Assembly: GCA_017481265.1 (NCBI GenBank)
Contig: JAFUPK010000033.1
Span: forward strand, 1 to 52,214
DNA length: 52,214 nt
Direction: 5' to 3'
From: Clostridia bacterium
GTDB lineage: Bacteria > Bacillota > Clostridia > Oscillospirales > CAG-272
Under the pieces are notes generated by a model, which saw only the letters and a list, made by a program, of their open reading frames with translations, made no database searches and was not told the DNA's origin. The position numbers and the translations under genes were made by a program. Shown piece by piece: positions 45,466-52,214 of this stretch. Position 1 is the first letter of the stretch. Every line of letters starts with the position of its first letter.

Positions 45466-46965
45466 TTATAAGGATATTAGCAAGCAGCTTTCGTTTTCGG
45501 TCCTGCTGATACACCTCATGGGGCAATTATATCGTTTTCCTATGTCCCACAAGGTCTCATTTTCATAAGGGAAATAAAGCTTCACGGTATTCTTACCGAT
45601 TCCCGCGGGCTCATCTCTGCACAGGACACTTCGTCTGACATAGCTTTTTTCCGTGCATCCGAGAGCAAGGATGGCAAAGGCAAGCTCACAGCTTACAGAA
45701 AGCCTTTCTCCGTCAAGCCTACCTTCACTGGAGATCACAGTCACATCGCATATTACCGACGGATTTGCACCATCCGTTCTCTTGGCATCCCATTCGCATC
45801 TGTACGGAATCGTCATATCCTCCGAGGTTATCTCATCATCGTCTGCAAGAATAACCGTCACACTGCAGTTTCCGTTTACCACAAGCTTTCCCTCAGCGGT
45901 GTACTCGGCTCTGTCCGATGTAGCCCTTGAGGAAGCGTACACTACCTCCTTGCCTTCAAAGCCCGAAAGCTGCTTTGAAAGATCAACGGTAAGCCTGGAA
46001 TCCGCCGCCGCAAGACATCTTACTATCGGTGCTTTTGCTGTCTCTGCACGGCTTTCGTACGCGGTGGAATAAACATCGTCGGTCAGGCTTCCTTCTCTGT
46101 CCGCAAGGATCACAGCCTCGGCATCATACTCTGCCTCCCAAGTAAATACTCCCCCATCTCCGCCCTGAAGCTTTACTGAAGCACATTTAACTCTTCCTAC
46201 TGAGTATCTGCGAAGCCCGTCACTTAACGGCTCCTTAACGCGCAATCTCTCTTCAAACGGTGCTTTGGCACGACTGGTAAAGTATACACCATCCTCGGTG
46301 ACCGCGAGACAGCTTATGTACACATCTCCCTTCAACGTGACCTCTGCAGAATCAACTGTCGCTGACGATACTGCGGCTGTTCCCTCGCAGGAGATCATCC
46401 GCACACCTTCACGCTCGCGGATCTCTCCCGAAACACTTCCCGTAGTGGCGGCAAGAGCAAGCGCAGTATATTCAAAGGGTACTTCCCTTTTCTCAAGACT
46501 CAAAATGTCCGACACGCTGCACTCTTCGCCTTCAGAGCCTGTAAGCTCAAAGGGAAGCTCGTCATTGTGTGATGCAAATATGCTTGAACGCATCTTTAGA
46601 GAAACGGTCATACGCCGCGGTCCTGTGGCTCTGCATGACACATTTTCAACGGCCGTCTTAACAATTATCCCATCCGATGACAGCTCTGATGAGTCGCACC
46701 CCGACAGCGAAAGCTTTGTGCTGTACTCACTGTTCAGCGGATATGCGCACAGCTTCCCATCATCTCCAATGTAGTATATGGTAGCTACTGCAAGTCCTGA
46801 CAGAACCAGCTCTCCGCGGTCAAGGTATCGGCTTTCAGGCAGAGCAGTAGCTGTGCAGGCGATGATCCGCCTGATCTCGGGAAGGTAGTCCGGTAAAGTA
46901 TAGTCCTCAGCAGTCTCATGGAGAGCACCTGTGCTGAGTCTTTGGATCTCGGCTTTTGTATTCAT
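45466..46965 (-). CDS. SPOCS (DUF3794) domain protein with a C-terminal LysM-like segment; SipL-like sporulation protein candidate
   Basis: YTLPDYLPEIRRII is typical of DUF3794/SPOCS repeats. The C-terminal VKLYFPYENETLWDIGKRYNCP resembles LysM. The size (499 aa) is similar to C. difficile SipL as I remember it. Confidence 0.55.
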   Translation of the reverse strand: MNTKAEIQRLSTGALHETAEDYTLPDYLPEIRRIIACTATALPESRYLDRGELVLSGLAVATIYYIGDDGKLCAYPLNSEYSTKLSLSGCDSSELSSDGIIVKTAVENVSCRATGPRRMTVSLKMRSSIFASHNDELPFELTGSEGEECSVSDILSLEKREVPFEYTALALAATTGSVSGEIREREGVRMISCEGTAAVSSATVDSAEVTLKGDVYISCLAVTEDGVYFTSRAKAPFEERLRVKEPLSDGLRRYSVGRVKCASVKLQGGDGGVFTWEAEYDAEAVILADREGSLTDDVYSTAYESRAETAKAPIVRCLAAADSRLTVDLSKQLSGFEGKEVVYASSRATSDRAEYTAEGKLVVNGNCSVTVILADDDEITSEDMTIPYRCEWDAKRTDGANPSVICDVTVISSEGRLDGERLSVSCELAFAILALGCTEKSYVRRSVLCRDEPAGIGKNTVKLYFPYENETLWDIGKRYNCPMRCISRTENESCLLISL

Positions 46966-47111
46966 TATTATCCTCTCTTCTCTTACCCCGACGGGGAGTT
47001 ATTTCTGTCGTCATATTTATATGCGCAAAGCTGTTCATATATGCAACACATAGTCCATGGGGTGGTAAAAGAAAAAACACTGGCAAACCTTATAAAAATT
47101 CAAAAATCCTG

Positions 47112-47140
47112 TTGCCATTCGCCAAAAAATGTGGTATACT
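47112..47140 (+). promoter_or_regulatory. sigma-A promoter of the pheST T-box leader
   Basis: TTGCCA, 17 nt, TATACT with an extended -10 TG. Confidence 0.6.
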
Positions 47141-47159
47141 ATTATTTGATATTTCAAAG

Positions 47160-47415
47160 AATAAAGCGTTGATGAAGTCGGCAAGTACCCAATAAGCGTC
47201 AAAGAGAGAGCTCCCTCGGCTGAAAGGAGCTTACGCATGAGTATGCGCCCTTCCCTTCGGAGTCGGCAGGTCCTAAGCCTTTCGCGGGTGTGCCCGTTAC
47301 AGCACAAATGAGTGTTGGCTCGTGCCGGAATCCCGGGTGGTACCGCGGAGTTTGTCTCCGTCCCGCGACAGTGTTGCCGTTTATCGGTCAGTACACTGCT
47401 ACGCGGGCTTTTTTA
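47160..47415 (+). promoter_or_regulatory. T-box riboswitch leader (Phe-specific by context)
   Basis: Stem I GA motif (TTGATGAAG...AGTA). AGAGA box at 47201-47210. UUC codons in CCCTTCCCTTCGG. The conserved T-box AATCCCGGGTGGTACCGCGG is at 47329-47348. The terminator CCCGCGACAGTG...CACTGCTACGCGGG plus TTTTTT is at 47362-47414. Confidence 0.9.
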
Positions 47416-47472
47416 TTTGAAATATCACACATACCGTATACTATACGCTTAACATACAGAAAGGATCATGTT

Positions 47473-48525
47473 ATGTCAACAAAAACAGCAGAAGTGCGCG
47501 AAAGCTTCCTTGCCGCCCTTGCTCTTGTGACCACGGCAGATGAGCTTGAGCGTCTCAGAGTTGAGTACATCGGCAAGAAGGGACTTGTCACCGAGCTTCT
47601 CAAGGAAATGAAGTCTATTCCGAACGAGGAAAAGAAGGCATTCGGTCAGGCTGTAAACGTGCTGAAGGGCGAAGTCAGCGACAAGCTTGCCGAGAAGAAG
47701 GAGGAGATCGTCCGTCTTGAGCTTGAGCGCGAGCTTAACAGCATGCCCGAGTTCGACGTATCCGTTCCCGCAGACCTTTCAAGAGGCTCATACCACCCCA
47801 TCACTCTCGTACAGCGTCAGTGCGAGGACATCTTCAAGTCCATGGGCTTCACGGTAGAGGATTACAGCGAGATCGTAACCGATTACGAATGCTTTGAGTC
47901 TCTCAACATTCCCAAAAACCATCCCGCACGCGATATGCAGGATACCTACTATCTCGAAAACGGTCAGCTCCTCAAGAGCCAGACCTCTGCGGCGCAGAAT
48001 GCTATCTACAAGAAGTACAAGGATGCGCTTATTAACGAGGGCAAGCCCATCAAGGCTATTTTCCCCGGCAGATGCTTCCGTAACGAGGCTACCGACGCCT
48101 GCCATGAGAACACCTTCTTCCAGATGGAAGGCGTTATGGTGGATAAGAACATCTCCATCTCAAACCTTATCTTCTTTATGAAGACCATGCTTTCCGAGGT
48201 GTTTCAGAAGGACATCAAGGTTCGTCTCCGTCCCGGCTTCTTCCCCTTCGTGGAGCCCGGATTTGAGCTTGACATCTCCTGCCTCATCTGCGGCGGTGAG
48301 GGCTGCCCCTCCTGCAAGCACTCAGGCTGGCTTGAGCTCTGCCCCTGCGGCATGATCCACCCCGAGGTACTTAAAGCGGGCGGAATAGATCCCGACGAAT
48401 ACACAGGCTTTGCCTTCGGTCTCGGTCTCACCCGTCTCGTTATGATGAAGTACGGTATCAAGGATATCCGCGATCTCAACAGCGGAAGCCTCAAGACTCT
48501 CACACAGTTTACTGACGACAAATAA
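47473..48525 (+). CDS. pheS: phenylalanine--tRNA ligase alpha subunit
   Basis: HPITLV, HPARDMQDTYY, and class II motifs (FPGRCFRNE, GFAFGLGLTRL). The start is the ATG at 47473, since the ORF-track extension covers the T-box. Confidence 0.95.
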   Translation: MSTKTAEVRESFLAALALVTTADELERLRVEYIGKKGLVTELLKEMKSIPNEEKKAFGQAVNVLKGEVSDKLAEKKEEIVRLELERELNSMPEFDVSVPADLSRGSYHPITLVQRQCEDIFKSMGFTVEDYSEIVTDYECFESLNIPKNHPARDMQDTYYLENGQLLKSQTSAAQNAIYKKYKDALINEGKPIKAIFPGRCFRNEATDACHENTFFQMEGVMVDKNISISNLIFFMKTMLSEVFQKDIKVRLRPGFFPFVEPGFELDISCLICGGEGCPSCKHSGWLELCPCGMIHPEVLKAGGIDPDEYTGFAFGLGLTRLVMMKYGIKDIRDLNSGSLKTLTQFTDDK

Positions 48526-48542
48526 GAAAGGAGATACGAATA

Positions 48543-50915
48543 ATGCTTTTATCAATGAATTGGATCTCCGATTTTGTAGATCTTTCAGGTCTCGATAAGC
48601 TTGAGCTTATCAGCAAATTTTCTCTCTCCACCGCTGAGGTAGAGAATGAGATATTCTTCAAGGGAAGCGACATTTTCGGCATTGTATGTGCCGAGATCAA
48701 GTCTGTAGAGGAGCATCCCGAGTCAAAGAAGCTCCACCTTCTAAAGGTGGATGCAGGTGACGGTGCCCTCACTGACGTTGTTTGCGGTGCGCCCAATGTT
48801 CGTGTTGGTATGAAGACCGCTTTTGCAAAGGTAGGTGCACAGATCGGCGAGATCACCATCACTCCCCGTGCACTTGCAGGCTACACCTCCAACGGTATGT
48901 GCTGCTCCGAGCGTGAGCTTGGCATCAGCGAGGACAACTCCGGTATCATGGATCTCGATACTTCCATAGCTGTCGGAACTGACCTCAAAACCGTTTTCGA
49001 CATCGACGATATCGTTTTCGAGGTCGACAACAAGTCCCTCACCAACCGTCCTGACCTTTGGGGTCACTACGGTATTGCACGTGAGTTTGCAGCTCTTGCG
49101 GGACGTGAGTTAAAGCCCCTTGCCACTGCTGACCTCTCTGTTTATGAGTCCATGGAAAAGGTTGACCTCAAGATCGAGGATCCCCTTTGCTACAGATATT
49201 CCTGCATCCGTTTTGAGGGAATCACAAGACACGAAAGCCCCGTAAACGTGAAGATCCGTCTCCACTACTGCGGTATGAGAGCTCTCAACTTCCTTGCTGA
49301 CCTTACAAACTACATGATGCTTGAAATGGGTCAGCCCATGCACGCATTTGACTCCAGAAAGGTTGAAGCGATCCGTGTCAAGAGATTCGACAAGCCCTTT
49401 ACGTTCACCACACTTGACGGCGTTGATCGCGCTTGCGACGAAAACACACTTATGATCTGCAACGGCGACACTCCCGTGGCTATTGCCGGAATCATGGGCG
49501 GTCTTGACTCCGAGATCGTTGCTGACACCTCATCCCTCACTCTTGAATCTGCTACCTTTGATGCGGCTTCTATCCGTAAGTCCACCGTTCGTCTCGCTCA
49601 CAGAACTGACGCATCCAACCGCTACGAAAAGAGCCTTGACCCCGAAATGACCGACGTTGCAGTTGCAAGATTTGTTAAGCTCCTCTGCGACATGGACAGC
49701 TGTGCCGTTGTTACCTCTGCTCTCACAGACGAGTACGCAAAGCGTTACGACAAGGTAGATCTTTCCTTCGATAAAGCTTTCGTTGACAAGTACACAGGTA
49801 TCGAGATCGACAACGAGACTATCGTAAAAACTCTCACTTCTCTCGGCTTCGGCGTAAAGCTTGAGGGCGACAAGTTTGAAGTTTCCGTTCCCAGCTGGAG
49901 AGCCACCAAGGACGTCACCATCAAGGCTGACATCATTGAGGAGATCACACGTATCTACGGCTACGACAACTTCGACATTCACACAGCAGTTGCTCCCCTT
50001 TATCCCGTTCGCGCGCAGATGGAAAAGAGCGACGAGGACCGTATCAAGGACATCCTTGTAAAGCGCTTCTCCCTCCACGAGCTCCATTCCTACGTCTGGG
50101 CATACTACGATGAGTACAAGGCTCTCGGAATTGAGATCGAAGATAATGTTGAGCTTGTAAATGCCACAAACCCCAACATCAAGACGATCCGTTCCTCCAT
50201 CGTTCCCACACAGCTCTGTCAGGTTAAGGTCAACACCTCCTTCGGCACCGATTTCGGCGTCTTTGAGGTAGGCAGAGTGGTCAACGGCTTCAGGGAAGAC
50301 GGAATGTGTGACGAGCATAAGATGCTCACCGTAACTCTCTACAGCAAGACAAAGTCCATGGAAGCACTCTATTTTGAGCTCCGAGATATGCTTGCAGTTG
50401 TTACCGACGATCTGAAGCACGAAAGCCTCTCCTTCGTAAAGGGCACAGCTTCCCACTCCTATGAGCATCCGAAGAACCTCAACGAGATCTACTGCGCAGG
50501 CAAGAAGCTCGGTAAGATGGGCATTGTAAATACCGCTGTTTCCAAGAACATCGACAAGAAGGCAAACATCGTCTTTGCAGAGATCGACGTTGCCCTCTTT
50601 GCAGAGATCGCAAACAGAAGCATCTCTTATGAAGCTCCCTCACGCTTCCCCGAGATCGAGATCGACCTTTCCTTCATCTCCGAGACCTACAGACCTATTG
50701 CCGATGCAATTGCGGCTGAAAACTGTGCGCTCATCAAGAAGGTATCAGTTGTAGACACCTACACCGATGAAAGCGGAAAATCCATCACAGTACGTCTTCT
50801 CTTCTCACATCCCGAAAGAACTCTCACTAAGGAAGAGGTTCTTGAGGTGGTCAACTCTGTCAGTGCTACTCTTGAAGGTCAGAACATCAAGCTGAAAAAC
50901 GGCGTACAGATGTAA
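48543..50915 (+). CDS. pheT: phenylalanine--tRNA ligase beta subunit
   Basis: MLLSMNWISDFVDL is the N-terminus. A tRNA-binding OB domain (HPESKKLHLLKVDAG) is present. The length is 790 aa, directly after pheS. Confidence 0.95.
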   Translation: MLLSMNWISDFVDLSGLDKLELISKFSLSTAEVENEIFFKGSDIFGIVCAEIKSVEEHPESKKLHLLKVDAGDGALTDVVCGAPNVRVGMKTAFAKVGAQIGEITITPRALAGYTSNGMCCSERELGISEDNSGIMDLDTSIAVGTDLKTVFDIDDIVFEVDNKSLTNRPDLWGHYGIAREFAALAGRELKPLATADLSVYESMEKVDLKIEDPLCYRYSCIRFEGITRHESPVNVKIRLHYCGMRALNFLADLTNYMMLEMGQPMHAFDSRKVEAIRVKRFDKPFTFTTLDGVDRACDENTLMICNGDTPVAIAGIMGGLDSEIVADTSSLTLESATFDAASIRKSTVRLAHRTDASNRYEKSLDPEMTDVAVARFVKLLCDMDSCAVVTSALTDEYAKRYDKVDLSFDKAFVDKYTGIEIDNETIVKTLTSLGFGVKLEGDKFEVSVPSWRATKDVTIKADIIEEITRIYGYDNFDIHTAVAPLYPVRAQMEKSDEDRIKDILVKRFSLHELHSYVWAYYDEYKALGIEIEDNVELVNATNPNIKTIRSSIVPTQLCQVKVNTSFGTDFGVFEVGRVVNGFREDGMCDEHKMLTVTLYSKTKSMEALYFELRDMLAVVTDDLKHESLSFVKGTASHSYEHPKNLNEIYCAGKKLGKMGIVNTAVSKNIDKKANIVFAEIDVALFAEIANRSISYEAPSRFPEIEIDLSFISETYRPIADAIAAENCALIKKVSVVDTYTDESGKSITVRLLFSHPERTLTKEEVLEVVNSVSATLEGQNIKLKNGVQM

Positions 50916-50927
50916 GGAGCAACCATT

Positions 50928-51482
50928 ATGGTATATAAAATGAACATTGCGGGGCTTGACCGTGAGCTTACGATCTGCCCCCTTAACGAAAATCTTTCGA
51001 TTGCGGGCTTTATCATGTTCGGCGACCCCGAGCTTACCACAGCCTGTGCAGAGGAGCTTCTGAAGCGCGCTCCCGAGCACGACTACATTCTCACAGCAGA
51101 GGCAAAGGGTATCCCGCTGGCACACGAAATGGCGCGTCTTTCCGGAAACCGCCGCTACTGCCTTGCGAGAAAGAAGCCCAAGCTTTATATGACGGACATA
51201 GTTGAAGTAAACGTACAGTCCATCACCACAAAGGGCGAGCAGAAGCTGTTCCTTGACGGTGCCGAGGCTGCTCTCATGAAGGGAAGCCGTATACTCATCG
51301 TTGACGATGTTATATCAACCGGCGAGAGCCTTGCGGCTCTTGAGAAGCTCGTAGCCGCTGTTGGAGGAAATGTAGTCGGACGTATGACCGTCCTTGCGGA
51401 GGGCGATGCCGCTGACCGCGACGACATCATCTACCTTGAAAAGCTCCCGCTTTTCACTCCCGACGGCAAGCCTATTGAATAA
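50928..51482 (+). CDS. type I phosphoribosyltransferase family protein (adenine/xanthine PRT-like)
   Basis: The PRPP-binding loop is ILIVDDVISTGESL. AAGGAG lies 8 nt upstream of the ATG. Confidence 0.75.
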   Translation: MVYKMNIAGLDRELTICPLNENLSIAGFIMFGDPELTTACAEELLKRAPEHDYILTAEAKGIPLAHEMARLSGNRRYCLARKKPKLYMTDIVEVNVQSITTKGEQKLFLDGAEAALMKGSRILIVDDVISTGESLAALEKLVAAVGGNVVGRMTVLAEGDAADRDDIIYLEKLPLFTPDGKPIE

Positions 51483-51499
51483 GCGAAGCAATACCAAAA

Positions 51500-51528
51500 C
51501 CCCCAAAAAGTTTGAAGCTTTTTGGGGG
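51500..51528. terminator. bidirectional terminator between the PRT gene and the small XRE gene
   Basis: CCCCCAAAAAG-loop-CTTTTTGGGGG. Confidence 0.7.
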
Positions 51529-51547
51529 TGCTTTAAGTTAATCCGGT

Positions 51548-51778
51548 TCATTCGTAATCATTAAAATATTCTTTATCGAAAAAGCTCGAAAGAGATAATT
51601 CAAATCCCATACAAACACACTTGAGTGTGTTCAATTGAATATGCGCTGTAGTACCTCTCATAAAGTCGTAAAGCGTAGATGGCGTAAGTCCTCCTGCCAA
51701 GCTTACCTCCGATATAGTCATCTTTTTTTCTAATAAAAGTTCATTTATTCTATAACGTACAGCCTCGTCTACTGTCAT
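51548..51778 (-). CDS. small XRE-family helix-turn-helix regulator
   Basis: 76 aa. RINELLLEKKMTISEVSLAGGLTPSTLYDFMRG is a classic HTH_3-like pattern. The context is AT-rich. Confidence 0.75.
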   Translation of the reverse strand: MTVDEAVRYRINELLLEKKMTISEVSLAGGLTPSTLYDFMRGTTAHIQLNTLKCVCMGFELSLSSFFDKEYFNDYE

Positions 51779-51802
51779 ATTGCCTCCTGTAAGGACCCTA
51801 TA

Positions 51803-51865
51803 TTACGTTTTACCGTAACATCATTCTACCCTTTAAGAATTATTTTTTCTTACGGTATACCGTAA
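51803..51865. promoter_or_regulatory. pair of palindromic operator-like sites upstream of the small XRE gene
   Basis: TTACGTTTTACCGTAA (51803-51818, imperfect) and TTACGGTATACCGTAA (51850-51865, a perfect 16-nt palindrome). The centre-to-centre spacing is 47 nt. Confidence 0.55.
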
Positions 51866-51960
51866 TAGTACAACAGAACTGGCGGAACTTGGAACACCAT
51901 AAAATACGTTGAAAAGTGTAATAAGCCCTTAGAATACATTATGCTCACTTCTATAAACTA

Positions 51961-52016
51961 AAAAGGGGCTGCCGCAAGTTCGTTTTCTCAAACTTGCGGC
52001 AGCCCAATGTTTTTTA
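51961..52016 (-). terminator. long-stem terminator after the truncated SLH gene
   Basis: GGGGCTGCCGCAAGTT...AACTTGCGGCAGCCC with flanking A/T runs. Confidence 0.75.
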
Positions 52017-52018
52017 CA

Positions 52019-52214
52019 TCAGTTATTCTTATCAAATCTTGTGAGTATGGTTGCGACCTGTGCTCTTGTGGCACTTCCGCGGGGATCAAGAAGGATATTG
52101 CCCTTTTCTTCCTTACCTGTGATGTATCCTGCGGCATTTGCCCATGAAAGGGCATCGGATGCATAGCTGTGTACAGCCGATGCGTCGGGGAAGCTGTCAA
52201 GAGATGCTCTTCCC
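52019..52214 (-). CDS. C-terminal end of an SLH-domain cell-surface protein (N-terminus outside the window)
   Basis: My own reverse translation gives ...DSFPDASAVHSYASDALSWANAAGYITGKEEKGNILLDPRGSATRAQVATILTRFDKNN*, a canonical SLH repeat. Confidence 0.8.
   Translation of the reverse strand, partial: GRASLDSFPDASAVHSYASDALSWANAAGYITGKEEKGNILLDPRGSATRAQVATILTRFDKNN

Noticed and set aside
51866-51960. A possible divergent small gene or sRNA opposite the small XRE regulator.
   Set aside because: The only ORF is 6 codons (MLTSIN). The downstream hairpin is explained as the terminator of the convergent SLH gene.

Overview
This is a 52.2-kb chromosomal window from a Firmicute, most likely a spore-forming member of the Clostridia (Oscillospiraceae/Ruminococcaceae-like). 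That placement is an inference from gene content: a ytvI-like gene, a SipL/SPOCS-like protein, SLH proteins, and T-box and L-box leaders. I support about 55 protein genes, and most are housekeeping. They are, in order:
- glyA (truncated by the window edge)
- an ECF sigma/anti-sigma pair
- a minus-strand sugar operon (alpha/beta hydrolase, nagB, uxaB, uxaA, nagA, ogt)
- ytvI-like and hpf
- a co-directional cluster (GHL10-like lipoprotein, pepT, a nitroreductase, three uncharacterised envelope proteins)
- comEC
- rpsF-ssb-rpsR
- a 2-hydroxyacid dehydrogenase and apgM
- lepB-rbgA-rnhB-yraN
- an M19 dipeptidase, thrC and a metallophosphoesterase
- tig-clpP-clpX
- dapA-dapB behind a lysine (L-box) riboswitch
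- queA, a PstS-like protein and miaA
- a SipL-like SPOCS/LysM protein
- pheS-pheT behind a T-box leader
- a phosphoribosyltransferase, a small XRE regulator and a truncated SLH protein.

By eye I found no rRNA, tRNA, CRISPR array, transposase or integrase.

Three things are not housekeeping:
1. Intergenic multi-hairpin repeat elements sit in or next to terminators. Two of them are bracketed by unusually long direct duplications (24 nt and 30 nt).
2. Two visibly AT-richer single-gene islands are present. One carries an orphan ABC/SMC-type ATPase flanked by direct copies of a ~150-nt structured repeat. The other carries an XRE-HTH regulator with a long helical-repeat C-terminus.
3. Three unknown envelope proteins are translationally coupled to a nitroreductase.

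I see no convincing complete multi-gene novel system such as a defence operon. The items above are the best candidates, and all functional calls rest on motif recognition from memory, not on database searches.
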